NCBI GenBank assembly: GCA_963748625.1
Contig: CAVVJT010000007.1
Coordinates: forward strand, 288,001-352,000
Direction: 5' to 3'
Source of the DNA: an uncultured Chloroflexia bacterium
Lineage (GTDB): Bacteria; Chloroflexota; Limnocylindria; Limnocylindrales; CSP1-4
DNA length: 64,000 bases
Made by a program: the position numbers and the translations under genes. The notes below the pieces were generated by a model. That model did not search any database. It saw only the letters and a program-made list of their open reading frames with translations, and was not told the origin of the DNA. This document shows, piece after piece, positions 24,836 to 34,664 of this stretch; position 1 is the first letter of the stretch; the number at the start of each line of letters is the position of its first letter.

Positions 24836-25884
24836 GCGATGCCCACCCCAGCTTCGGGACCTTCGTGAGGGCGCGCGTGGACGCCCTGGCAGCCTGTGGC
24901 GCAAGCGTGACCGTTGTCGCCAACACGGACCCGGCCGTTCATCGCCGGCTTGCCCGGAAGTATGCCAGCCTCGCCGGGCGCGCCGTCCTCACCGGCCTCC
25001 GCCTCGCGCGCGCCAGAGCTCGGCCGGACGTGGTGGAGGCGCACATCGCCTTCCCCACGGGCCTGGTCGCCCTCCCCGTGGCCTGGCTCCTCCACCGGCC
25101 GCTGGTGCTCTTCGCGCATGGAGCCGACGTCACCGTTGTCCTCGACCGGTCGCGTGCCTCCCGCATCGTCGGCTCGTGGCTGCTGCGCCGGGCCAGCCTT
25201 ATCGTGGCCAACAGCGACTTCCTTGCTGGCGTGATCACCGCGGCGCTGCCCGATGTCGCCCCCCGCACGGTCGTGGTGAGCCCGGGCCTGGAGGTCGAGC
25301 GGTTCTCGCGACGCGGGCCGGACGAGCCGCCCTCCGGGGCCCGTGAAGGGATTCTGTTCGTTGGCCGGCTGGTGCCGCAGAAGGGGGTCCACATCCTGGT
25401 TGAGGCACTCGCCGGCATGCCTGCTGGCGCGCCTGTCCGTCTCACGATCATCGGTGTCGGGCCCGAGATGGAGGTCCTCCAATCCTTTGCGCGCCGTCAC
25501 GGCGTCGCAGCCACGTTCGCGGGCGAGCAGGACAGGGACGAAGTGGCACGAGCGATGCGCTCTGCTGCCATGGTCATCGTGCCGTCGACGTACGAGGAGC
25601 CACTGGGCCTGGTGGCATTGGAGGCGATGGCGGCCGGCGCCCTGGTGGTTGTCACCGCCACGGGTGGACTGGGATCGCTCGTGGACGACGGAATCACGGG
25701 AATCGTGGTTGCGCCAGGCGATCCAGCAGCCCTGCGGGACGGCGTCGAGCGAGCACTCGCTATCCTTGCCGCTCCAGCACGCCGAGCCGATGTCGGAGCG
25801 GCTGCCCTGGCCTCAGTCCAGCGCCACGATGTCCGCCAGTCAGCGCGGGCAACGCTGGAGATCTTTGGGGGGCTTAGTCGATGA
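24793..25884 (+). CDS. Glycosyltransferase family 4
   Basis: RILVISNLYPS, FVGRLVPQKG, EPLGLVALEAMAAG. Confidence 0.92.
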   Translation: MRRPRILVISNLYPSDAHPSFGTFVRARVDALAACGASVTVVANTDPAVHRRLARKYASLAGRAVLTGLRLARARARPDVVEAHIAFPTGLVALPVAWLLHRPLVLFAHGADVTVVLDRSRASRIVGSWLLRRASLIVANSDFLAGVITAALPDVAPRTVVVSPGLEVERFSRRGPDEPPSGAREGILFVGRLVPQKGVHILVEALAGMPAGAPVRLTIIGVGPEMEVLQSFARRHGVAATFAGEQDRDEVARAMRSAAMVIVPSTYEEPLGLVALEAMAAGALVVVTATGGLGSLVDDGITGIVVAPGDPAALRDGVERALAILAAPARRADVGAAALASVQRHDVRQSARATLEIFGGLSR

Positions 25885-27242
25885 CGCCCGAGATCCCGGT
25901 CCCGGTCCTGCTGCTCCTCAGTGCATGCATCGGCCTTGCGGCAGTCGCCTGCGCCGCACTCGTGGTGCGCTGGACGCGGTGGGGGCCGGCCGGCGGGATC
26001 GCGCTGCTCGCCGCAACGCCGCTGGTCCCGCACGTCCAGGTCGCACTCGGGTTCAGCCTCGACGACATCCTCCCGTTGCTCGGGCTGGGTGCCCTGCTGC
26101 TCAGCGTGCGCCTTCGGAACCTCCGCCGCCTCAGCGTGCATCCGGTCCTGACGATCGGGCTGATCCTCATGATCGGGGCCGCGCTGCTCTCCGCGGTTGT
26201 CAACAGGTGGGACGCGGCATCGCTGTTCACCATGGCCGCCCGGTCCGCGGGCCGGTTCGCCTTCCTCGCGGCGATCGCGGTGACCGTCGCCGTCGCCGTC
26301 CCGGCCCCGACCCGGCGGAAGGCCGTCGCGATCGGGATCGCGCTCACGGGGGCGGCGGAAGCGGCCTTCGGCCTGTTCGCATTCGCGGTCCCGTCCATCG
26401 GCCTCGGACTCGAGCCGACCAAGAGCTACTCGGTCCTCCATTTCGAGGTCCCCGGGCGACTCGCCGGAACGCTCGGCATCTCCCCGAACTTCCTCGGCGC
26501 GATCTTCATCCTGTCGGTCCTCCTGTCGGCGGGTCTCGCTCTCGATGCGAAGTCGCGCAAGGTGGCAGTCACCTGGTGGGTGCTGACGGCCATGCAGACG
26601 CTTGCCCTGGTCCTGACGTTCACCCGCGCGTCACTCGGCATCACGCTCGTCGCCCTGGTGGCCCTCGTGCTCTCGCGCGGGAGGATCCGGTACCTCGTCC
26701 CGGTCGCGCTTGCCGTGGTCGTGGGCTTCACGATGACGCCGGCGCTGCAGCGCTTCACGGCAGACATGCCTGACCGCCTCGCGCTCTGGTCATCGGCGGC
26801 CCTGATGATGGTCGATCACCCGATCGCGGGCGTGGGACCCGGCCAGTCGGTCGTCGTGGAGCGTGCCAACCCGGATCGCTACATGACCACGGCGTTCGGC
26901 TCGGCCACGAACAACGCGCACAACACGATCCTGCTTGCCGGTGCCGAGACCGGTGTCGCAGGGGCGATTGGATCGCTGATGGTCAACCTGTCACTCGCAC
27001 TTGGTGCTGTGCTCGTCGTGCTTCGCGCTCGCCGGCTGGGTCGCTCCGCGGTCGAGTCGGCTGCAGGGATTGCCGTGCTCGGCTACCTCATCCAGGGCCA
27101 GGTGAACAACCTGTTCACGGTTGCCGCCTCCGGCACGCTGTTCGCCCTGCTGGCCGGAGCGTTCGTGCTGCCCTCGATCCGCCGTCGGCAACGCGCCCCG
27201 GTCAGCGCCAGCGAGCGCCCAGCGGACCCTCTGCCGAGTTGA
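25881..27242 (+). CDS. O-antigen ligase/polymerase (Wzy_C) family protein
   Basis: RLAGTLGISPN, LTFTRAS, R..LW...DHPIAGVGPG, AHNTILLAGAETG. Confidence 0.88.
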   Translation: MTPEIPVPVLLLLSACIGLAAVACAALVVRWTRWGPAGGIALLAATPLVPHVQVALGFSLDDILPLLGLGALLLSVRLRNLRRLSVHPVLTIGLILMIGAALLSAVVNRWDAASLFTMAARSAGRFAFLAAIAVTVAVAVPAPTRRKAVAIGIALTGAAEAAFGLFAFAVPSIGLGLEPTKSYSVLHFEVPGRLAGTLGISPNFLGAIFILSVLLSAGLALDAKSRKVAVTWWVLTAMQTLALVLTFTRASLGITLVALVALVLSRGRIRYLVPVALAVVVGFTMTPALQRFTADMPDRLALWSSAALMMVDHPIAGVGPGQSVVVERANPDRYMTTAFGSATNNAHNTILLAGAETGVAGAIGSLMVNLSLALGAVLVVLRARRLGRSAVESAAGIAVLGYLIQGQVNNLFTVAASGTLFALLAGAFVLPSIRRRQRAPVSASERPADPLPS

Positions 27243-28938
27243 GCCGGTACCCCTCTGATCCCGGCCCCAGGTAGAGGAAGTCAGGGCTGGATGCGTCCGT
27301 CGACAGGAAGCCCGGGCTGCGCCGCACGACCCCTCCGCCGAACCTGACCCGGCTCGTGCTGTTGCGCAACCCCAGGGAGCCCGACAGCGACGAGTACGAG
27401 ACGTTGACCCGGGCGCCGCTCTTCGCGTAGAACACGTACCCCGTGCCGCCACGGATGATGGAGTCGCGCACGGTGACGGAGCCCGCCTTGATGTAGAACG
27501 CGCTATGGCCCAAGGTGCGCGTGGTGCCTGTCCGATAGATCGTCTCGTTGTCGAACAGCTTGCCGCGGGTCGTCGACTCCGTGGTGACGGCATGCGTGTT
27601 GTCCGTGTAGGTGTTGCGATAGAAGCGAACCGATCCTGTGGAGTCCTCGGCGGCGTACTTGCCATCCCAGATCAGGACCGCCGTGTCATTCCGGTGGAAC
27701 CGGTTGAACGTGATCTCGTTGCCCTCGAGCGGGCTGCCAGCAGCATTCACCTGGTAGAGCATCAGGCCGCGCCGCATCTCCCGGACCGTGTTGCGCGTGA
27801 TGACGTTGTGGCTGGCCCCCTGCTCGATGTCGATGCCCTGGACCTGGCCCCCGTACTGCCCAGCACTTGTCGGCACGTTGCGCCCGCCCTCGAAGACGGA
27901 GTTGCGAACGGTGTTGTACCGGCACTTCGAACCCGTGAGCTTGATCCCCTGCCCGAGGTTCTCGGACGCATACGCGCCGTCCACAAGGTTGTGCTGGGCG
28001 CCGTTGTCGAGCTTCACCAGCTGGATGGTGTTGCGGGTGCCGCTGACGCGAAGGAAGGTGTGGTAGGTGCTCGCCGTGAAGAACCCCATCGGGTTGTTGT
28101 AGCTGGCGTCGATGTCCTGCGCCGTCCCGTGGGTGCTTGATCCCGTGAACCCCACGCCCATGGTCGTGTGCCGGATGCGGAACCCCCGGATGGCGACGTA
28201 GGCCGAGCCGCTGGCCACGAGGAGGCCCTTGTAGTGCGGGATCTCGACGAGGTGGTCGTTGGGATCCAGGCTCGTGGACGCGCCTGCCGGAGCGCCCCAG
28301 CCGCCAAGCCGCACGTAGAGCGTCTTGCCGTTCCAGTACTGGGATCCGGGCGCCGCCTGGAGTTCCGCCAGCGTGGGGACGTCCTTCGGCCTGCGGAGCG
28401 GTTGGGCCGTGTCCACGAAGACGCGCTCCTGGAGCAGGCCCCGGACGCTCGACTCGTATCCGCTGATCGAACTGGTCCACGGGGTCGCCCACACGTCCGG
28501 GTAGCGGGCGCGGTCGGGCTGCGTCCACCGCTGCTCGCCCGGGCGGCTCACGACCTTCGCGCCGGAGATGATGGGGCGCACGTAGTCTCCGGTCCCGTAC
28601 CCCGCGGCCTCGATCACGATGGGCGTCGAGGCGGTCCCGTTGATGAACCACTGCGATTCCGTCAGGGTCTCGTGGTAGACGTAGTCGTCGTAGCCCTTCA
28701 CCTCGAGGCGGCCGCCGTAGCGGATCTCCCAGAGACCTCGCTTGACGGTGGCGAAGGCGGTCTGCGGGCTGTGACCGTCGTGGCCATCGTCCGAGCCGGT
28801 CTTGCCGTCCACGTAGATGGTGGGCCGGGTGGCGCCAAGCGCCGTCTGGGGAAATGTCGCGCCGGATCCGAAGACGACGACCAGGGCGACCAGCAGCCCG
28901 AGCAGGTTGACCAGTTGACGAGCGCGCGACCGGTGCAT
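27202..28938 (-). CDS. Secreted right-handed parallel beta-helix repeat protein (pectin-lyase-like fold)
   Basis: Signal peptide; IYVDGKTGSD...AFATV start; repeated Asn-ladder turns (HNLVDG, YNTVRNS, HNVITRN, GNEITFN). Confidence 0.75.
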   Translation of the reverse strand: MHRSRARQLVNLLGLLVALVVVFGSGATFPQTALGATRPTIYVDGKTGSDDGHDGHSPQTAFATVKRGLWEIRYGGRLEVKGYDDYVYHETLTESQWFINGTASTPIVIEAAGYGTGDYVRPIISGAKVVSRPGEQRWTQPDRARYPDVWATPWTSSISGYESSVRGLLQERVFVDTAQPLRRPKDVPTLAELQAAPGSQYWNGKTLYVRLGGWGAPAGASTSLDPNDHLVEIPHYKGLLVASGSAYVAIRGFRIRHTTMGVGFTGSSTHGTAQDIDASYNNPMGFFTASTYHTFLRVSGTRNTIQLVKLDNGAQHNLVDGAYASENLGQGIKLTGSKCRYNTVRNSVFEGGRNVPTSAGQYGGQVQGIDIEQGASHNVITRNTVREMRRGLMLYQVNAAGSPLEGNEITFNRFHRNDTAVLIWDGKYAAEDSTGSVRFYRNTYTDNTHAVTTESTTRGKLFDNETIYRTGTTRTLGHSAFYIKAGSVTVRDSIIRGGTGYVFYAKSGARVNVSYSSLSGSLGLRNSTSRVRFGGGVVRRSPGFLSTDASSPDFLYLGPGSEGYRLNSAEGPLGARWR

Positions 28939-29017
28939 GGCGCGACGGTAGCGCCCCGGGGCCGTTCCGGCGCTCAACCGAACGTCACGCGCAGGCTAGT
29001 ACTCGTGTCCCCGCCCA

Positions 29018-30322
29018 CTACGCGGCGGATCCGTCGTCACCTTGTCGCAGCGCGCGGCCAACGCCCCGGTAGCTCAAACCTGCCTTCGTGATCGTCGCAG
29101 GGTCGAGCAGGTTCCGGCCGTCGTAGAGGCTGCTGCCCGTCATCCGCCGACGGAGGGCCCGCCAGTCAAGGTCCCGGTAGACGGGCCACTCCGTGCCGAT
29201 GACCAGCGCCGCGGCGCCATCGGCCACGTCCTCGGGCGTGGCGACGGTCCGCAGGCCGGGAAGGGCGGCTTCGGCGACGCCGGGGCTGACCACGGGATCG
29301 TGGCCGACAACGCGCAGGCCGGCGTCAAGCAGCTCCCGTGCCACGGCGAGGGCAGGCGAGCCGCGCAGGTCGTCGGTGCCCGCCTTGAAGCTCAGGCCGA
29401 GCAGGCCGACGGTGTGCTCCCCGGGCCCGAGGTCGCGGACGATGCGGCCCGCGAACCGCGACTGCTGGTCGGCGTTCACCAGGCTGATCGCACGGGCGAC
29501 GTGCATCGGCAGCCCGCGCCGGCGGCCGGCGTTGGCCACCACCTCCAGCTCTTTCGGGAGGCAGGACCCGCCGAACCCGAGGCCCGGCCGCATGTACGTC
29601 GTGCCAATCCTGGGATCGAGTCCGATGCCTTCCAGGATCTCGTCGACCTCCACGCCGTACTCCTCGGCGAGGCTTGCGACCTCGTTGACGAAGCTCAGCT
29701 TGAGCGCGAGGAATGCGTTGGCAACGTTCTTGACGAGTTCGGCGGCTTCAACGCTCACGAGGAGCCGCGGAGCATGAACATCCGCGTACAGCGCCTCGAG
29801 CAGCTCGAGGTGGGCCGCCTCGGTCTCCGGGAAGCGACCGATGACGATGCGGCTTGGCTCCTGCACGTCCTTGAGCGCCTCGCCCTGCCGCAGGAACTCC
29901 GGGTTCGTGGAGAGCCGACGACCATCCGGGCGCCCCATGAGCCCGGGCAGCCGCCGCGAGATTCCGGGTGGCAGGGTGCTGCGCACGCTGACGTCGGCAT
30001 CGGGATATGCCCGCAGCGCATCGATCGCGGCATCGAGCTGGCTGAGGTCGGAGCGTCCACCCTCGCCGATGGGTGTCCCGACCGCGACCAGCGTCATGTC
30101 GCCCGGACCGGCGCCTTCAAGCGTTGACATCACGTCGACGCGCTCCCGGACAGCGGCGAATGCCTCCCGCAACCCTGGTTCCTCGATGGGCATGGCACCA
30201 CTGAGCAGCGACTGCCGGCGATCATCGCGGCGCTCGACGAACGTCACGTGGTGGCCCGCTGTCGCCAGCCCGATACCCGTCACGAGGCCGACGTAGCCCG
30301 CGCCGATGATCGTGACGCGCAC
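29018..30322 (-). CDS. ugd: UDP-glucose/GDP-mannose dehydrogenase family
   Basis: IIGAGYVG, VAVGTP, NPEFLRQG, GFGGSCLPKE (catalytic Cys), GLSFKAGTDDLR, DGRN. Confidence 0.93.
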   Translation of the reverse strand: MRVTIIGAGYVGLVTGIGLATAGHHVTFVERRDDRRQSLLSGAMPIEEPGLREAFAAVRERVDVMSTLEGAGPGDMTLVAVGTPIGEGGRSDLSQLDAAIDALRAYPDADVSVRSTLPPGISRRLPGLMGRPDGRRLSTNPEFLRQGEALKDVQEPSRIVIGRFPETEAAHLELLEALYADVHAPRLLVSVEAAELVKNVANAFLALKLSFVNEVASLAEEYGVEVDEILEGIGLDPRIGTTYMRPGLGFGGSCLPKELEVVANAGRRRGLPMHVARAISLVNADQQSRFAGRIVRDLGPGEHTVGLLGLSFKAGTDDLRGSPALAVARELLDAGLRVVGHDPVVSPGVAEAALPGLRTVATPEDVADGAAALVIGTEWPVYRDLDWRALRRRMTGSSLYDGRNLLDPATITKAGLSYRGVGRALRQGDDGSAA

Positions 30323-30331
30323 AGGCCCTCC

Positions 30332-31720
30332 CTACCGGCCGGCCAGCATGGCCGGGACGGTCCTGACCATGATCTTGAAGTCCAGCCACAGCGACCACCG
30401 GTCGATGTAGCGGAGGTCAAGCTCCACCCACCTGTCGAACTCCGTCTCCAGGCGCGCGCTGACCTGCCACAGCCCCGTGATGCCCGGCTTCATGGACAGC
30501 CGGCGGCGGTGCCAGAGGTCGTAGTCGTCAACCTCGCCGGGGATCGGCGGCCGCGGGCCGACGATGCTCATCTCCCCGCGCACGACGTTCCAGAACTGCG
30601 GGAACTCGTCGAAGCTCGTCCGCCGGAGGAGCCGTCCAACTCGCGTGATCCGGGGATCGTCATCGATCTTGAAGGCGGGCCCGTCGATCTCGTTGAGGGA
30701 CGCGACCTCGGCAAGGCGGGCTTCGGCATCGGGCACCATCGTCCGGAACTTGATGATCCGGAACCCGCGCCCATTCAGCCCCACGCGGGTCTGGCGGAAG
30801 AACACCGGGCCTCCATCCTCGAGCCGGATGGCTGTTGCGATCACGAGGAGCACCGGTGCCAGCACCAGCAGGACGCCAAGTCCCATGACGATGTCCACCA
30901 GGCGCTTCGTCCCCAGGGCGAGGAGGCGGTCCGGGCCATTGGTGATCGTGAGGACCTCCTCGCGGTCGACCATCTCGACGCGGCCCCCGGCGACGGGGGC
31001 GAGACCCGGGACCAGGACCAGCCGGAGCCGCTTGCCCTCCTGCTGGGCCAGTGCGACCACCGGTTCCAGGTACACGAGCTCATCCGGCTCGAAGACAGCA
31101 AGGATCTCGTCCACCGCGTCCCCGTGGACGATCCGTTCGATGTCCTCGATCGGACCGATCACCGAGGGGCAGCTCCGGGACGGCCGGCCGAGGTGGCCGA
31201 CGACCCGGTACGCGAGCGCCGGGTGCTGCTCGAGTTGGGTGGCCAGGCGTCTGGCCCGGGCGCTCGTCCCGAGCACCAGGATTCGCCGGGTGCCGATGCT
31301 CAGGGTCCGGGTCACGACGAGGCCGGTCCGGAACAGGCGTCGCTGGACGATGGAGAAGGCCACCTGGGCGACGAACAGGCTGACCAGGAACAGGCGGCTG
31401 ACGTCGGGGGCGTGGATGAGGAACAGGAGCGAGAACACGCCGACCAACATGAGCACGGCGGCCTGGGCGATGTCCAGCGCCTCCCGCCGGAACGTCCACC
31501 GCGCCCGGAGCTGGTCGAGCTCGTGGAGCCACTCGGCGCCCATCCACAGCAGGCCGTACCCGAGCGCCCAGGCCCACCATGGGCCGCCGGCATGGTCCCA
31601 GGCCTGTTGCCAGGACGGACCCAGGCGGACCTGCGAGACCACGACGAACAGGATGGCCGCCGCAACGCCATCCGCGAGCAGCAGCAGCGCGCGCAGGAGG
31701 TTGAGGTGGTGGCGGATCAC
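30332..31720 (-). CDS. Polyprenyl-phosphate sugar phosphotransferase (WcaJ/CpsE-like priming transferase)
   Basis: KRLVDI, GPVFFRQTRVG, KFRTM, DDPRITRVG, DEFPQFWNV, GPRP, KPGITGLWQV. Confidence 0.95.
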   Translation of the reverse strand: MIRHHLNLLRALLLLADGVAAAILFVVVSQVRLGPSWQQAWDHAGGPWWAWALGYGLLWMGAEWLHELDQLRARWTFRREALDIAQAAVLMLVGVFSLLFLIHAPDVSRLFLVSLFVAQVAFSIVQRRLFRTGLVVTRTLSIGTRRILVLGTSARARRLATQLEQHPALAYRVVGHLGRPSRSCPSVIGPIEDIERIVHGDAVDEILAVFEPDELVYLEPVVALAQQEGKRLRLVLVPGLAPVAGGRVEMVDREEVLTITNGPDRLLALGTKRLVDIVMGLGVLLVLAPVLLVIATAIRLEDGGPVFFRQTRVGLNGRGFRIIKFRTMVPDAEARLAEVASLNEIDGPAFKIDDDPRITRVGRLLRRTSFDEFPQFWNVVRGEMSIVGPRPPIPGEVDDYDLWHRRRLSMKPGITGLWQVSARLETEFDRWVELDLRYIDRWSLWLDFKIMVRTVPAMLAGR

Positions 31721-33096
31721 GGGCTCTCGGTGGCGTACCGACTGTCCTCGCCGAAGATCTTCCGCGAGAGCTTGGCCACCTTCTCCATGTCAAGGCGCAG
31801 GGTGTACACGCCGCCCGTCGACGACGTCGGCGGGTGGTAGGCGTACGGAGGACCAAGGACGATGCGCTCCATCGCGTCGGGATCGACGTTGCGGGCGATC
31901 TCGATGAACTCGTCCATGCGCTCGGTCGGCAGGTTGGTGCGGACGGTGTCGCCCGCCGCCTGGATGACACCCGGCAGCTGGGGGATCATGGCCGGTGATG
32001 TCAGCTTCTTGCGCAGTGCGACAAGGAGCTGCTGCTGGCGGGCCGCACGCGTGAAGTCCGAGTCACCCGCCCCCTGGCGTGAGCGTACGTAGGCAAGCGC
32101 CGTGCGGCCATCGAGATTCACCTTGCCGGCGTCAAGGTAGAAGCCGTGGGTGCCGTCAAGCCAGGCGTACTGCGGGTCGTTGATGGCCTTCTCGTTGTCC
32201 ACGGTGACCCCGCCCACGGCATCGATCATCTTGCGGAACCCCTCGAGGTCGACGGCCGCGAAGTAGTGGATGGGCACGCCGATGATGTGGCCCACCGTGT
32301 CGAGCAGCTCGGGGAACGGCTTCTGGTCGAAGTCCTCCGGGTGCCTGCGCACCCAGGTCATGAACGAGTTGATCTTGCCCTCGTACGTTCGACCGTCCGG
32401 CAGCTCGAAGTTCGAGATGTCGCGCGGGATGCTCAGCATGGCCACGGAGCCGTCCGCCGGGTTGACGCTCACCACGAGCAGCGTGTCGGTGAGGGCGGTC
32501 GTGCGTGACTCGGCCGAGTCCACGCCGGTCAGGAGGATGTTGATGCGCGAATCCGCGGTCTCGGGCGTGGCAACAGGCTCGACCTGGTAGTCGTCCGTGG
32601 GCTCCGGCGTCGTGCCGCCGCTGCCGCCCGGCGCGCCCGACGGGTCCGCCGTCCCGCCGGAGGGGACCTGCTCTCCGTCGTCCGGTCCGCCGACGACAAA
32701 GATGCGCGAACCCGCGTCGTAGACCGAGTAGGCCACGTAGCCTGCCGCGCCGTGGGGCACGATGACCAGCACCGCGAGGAACACGGTCACGACGACCGAT
32801 ACGGCCGACAGGCCTCCATGCCGTCGCATGTACAACACCGCGTCCAGCATCGCGAAGAGGCGCCATGCCATGACCGCGAACACGAGGACCAGCCCCGTCA
32901 TCGCACCCGAGGGCGTGATCAGGAACCCGAGGGCCGAGTTGGAATCCAGGATCCCGCCCACGAGGAGCGCCCCGGTGACGAGCAGGGCCGGAACGCCGAA
33001 GATGGCCGCCTCCCGGCGCCGGCCGAGATACAGGTGGCCGAGGCCCGGGAAGATGAAGGACAGCAGGGCGGCGACAGCCGCGGACTTCTTGGTCAT
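31717..33096 (-). CDS. LytR-CpsA-Psr (LCP) family glycopolymer transferase with N-terminal membrane domain
   Basis: LSFIFPGLGHLYLG N-terminal TM; NILLTGVD, TDTLLVV, SIPRD, ALAYVRSR, DFTRAARQQ. Confidence 0.93.
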   Translation of the reverse strand: MTKKSAAVAALLSFIFPGLGHLYLGRRREAAIFGVPALLVTGALLVGGILDSNSALGFLITPSGAMTGLVLVFAVMAWRLFAMLDAVLYMRRHGGLSAVSVVVTVFLAVLVIVPHGAAGYVAYSVYDAGSRIFVVGGPDDGEQVPSGGTADPSGAPGGSGGTTPEPTDDYQVEPVATPETADSRINILLTGVDSAESRTTALTDTLLVVSVNPADGSVAMLSIPRDISNFELPDGRTYEGKINSFMTWVRRHPEDFDQKPFPELLDTVGHIIGVPIHYFAAVDLEGFRKMIDAVGGVTVDNEKAINDPQYAWLDGTHGFYLDAGKVNLDGRTALAYVRSRQGAGDSDFTRAARQQQLLVALRKKLTSPAMIPQLPGVIQAAGDTVRTNLPTERMDEFIEIARNVDPDAMERIVLGPPYAYHPPTSSTGGVYTLRLDMEKVAKLSRKIFGEDSRYATESP

Positions 33097-33310
33097 ATCC
33101 CCCACTTGAGAACGTGGCAGCAGGCGGTGAGGCGGATCGGGAGCGTATCCCGTGCTGACTGCACCAGACACCACCCAAACGTACCAGTCCCGCGGCTCCC
33201 CACAGCCTCAAGACCGGGTGCGAGTATAGCCGCAACCTTCGTCAGTGCCGTCCGGGCCGTATGGCACGTTTCGCCCCGGCGAGGATGCCTGCGGCCGCAT
33301 GCCCCAGCGG

Positions 33311-33895
33311 CTACGCGCCCCACCGGAACCGCTCCGCCTCCGGACGGGCGAGCCAGTCCGCAAGGGTCCCGGCGGCGGCATCCTTGGGCGAGAGCTGGGC
33401 TGCACCGGCGTCCACGGGCCACGCGATCCCGAGCGCCGGGTCGTCCCAGCGGATGCCCGTCTCGGCGGCCGGGTTGTAGCCCGCCGTGCAGAAGTACTCG
33501 ATCTCGGTCACGTCGGCGAGCGCACAGAAGCCGCGGGCGAACGTGGCCGGCGCCCAGAACAGGACGGGCTCGTCCGCGGAGCCCTCGAGGGTCACCACCT
33601 GCCCCAGCGTGGGCGAGCCGGGCCGGATGTCGGCGGCGACCATGAGGGCACGGCCGGTCACCACGCGCATGAGCTTGCCCTGCGGTGGATCCCACTGGAA
33701 GTGCAGGCCGCGGACCACGCCGCGCGTGGAGCGCGACTGGTTGACCTGGACGAACCGGGTCGGGAGGCCGAGACCGAGCGTCTCGAACTGGTCGGTCTGG
33801 GCGATCTCGGCGAACCAGCCGCGCTCGTCGCCGAAGCGGCGGGGACGGACGACCAGGACGTCCGGGATTGCCGTCCGCTCGATCTCGAAGGGCAT
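33311..33895 (-). CDS. rmlC: dTDP-4-dehydrorhamnose 3,5-epimerase
   Basis: FGDERGWF, FVQVNQSRS, VVRGLHFQ, QGKLMRV, DIRPGSPT, IRWDDPALGIAWP. Confidence 0.92.
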   Translation of the reverse strand: MPFEIERTAIPDVLVVRPRRFGDERGWFAEIAQTDQFETLGLGLPTRFVQVNQSRSTRGVVRGLHFQWDPPQGKLMRVVTGRALMVAADIRPGSPTLGQVVTLEGSADEPVLFWAPATFARGFCALADVTEIEYFCTAGYNPAAETGIRWDDPALGIAWPVDAGAAQLSPKDAAAGTLADWLARPEAERFRWGA

Positions 33896-33897
33896 GG

Positions 33898-34647
33898 CTA
33901 CATCATCACCAGGCCGCCGTCCACCGCGAGCACCTGGCCCGTGATGTACGCCGCCTCGTCAGAGGCGAGGAACGCGACCGCGTTGGCGATCTCCTCGGTC
34001 GTGCCGAAGCGGCCCAGCGGCGTGCGCTCGGTGATCTGCGCCATGAGGGCCTCGGGCAGATCCTGTGTGAGCTCGGTGAGGACGAACCCCGGGGCAACGG
34101 CATTCACCGTGATGCCGCGCGACGCGAGTTCCCTGGCGGCGGCCTTCGTGAGGCCGATCAGGCCGGCCTTGGCGGACGAGTAGTTGGCCTGGCCCATCTG
34201 GCCGGCCTGCCCCGAGACGGACGTGATGTTGATGATCCGTCCGCTGCGGGCCTTGAGCATGGGGCGGGTCACGGCCTTGAGCGCCCAGAACGCACCGGAG
34301 AGGTTCGTCTCCAGCACGTCGATCCACTCGTCGGCGCCCATCCGCATGATGAGGTTGTCGCGCGTGATGCCGGCGTTGTTGACCAGGATGTCGATCTTGC
34401 CGAAGGCCTCCAGCACGGCCTTGACGAGCGCCTCGGCGCCCGCCTGCTCCCGGGCATCGGCCTGGACGGCCAGCGCCTTGCGGCCCAGGGCCTCGACGGC
34501 CGCGACCACCTCGCCGGCCGCGGCGGCATTGCCCTTGTAGCTGAACGCCACATCGGCGCCCTGCGTGGCGAGGCGCAGGACGATCGCCCGGCCGATGCCC
34601 CGCGAGCCTCCGGTGACGAGTGCGGTCTTGCCGGTCAGGTCGATCAT
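33898..34647 (-). CDS. fabG: 3-oxoacyl-ACP reductase
   Basis: TGGSRGIG, NNAGITRD, GQANYSSAKAG, NAVAPGF; fab context. Confidence 0.96.
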   Translation of the reverse strand: MIDLTGKTALVTGGSRGIGRAIVLRLATQGADVAFSYKGNAAAAGEVVAAVEALGRKALAVQADAREQAGAEALVKAVLEAFGKIDILVNNAGITRDNLIMRMGADEWIDVLETNLSGAFWALKAVTRPMLKARSGRIINITSVSGQAGQMGQANYSSAKAGLIGLTKAAARELASRGITVNAVAPGFVLTELTQDLPEALMAQITERTPLGRFGTTEEIANAVAFLASDEAAYITGQVLAVDGGLVMM

Positions 34648-34664
34648 GGGACGGTTCCTCGGGT

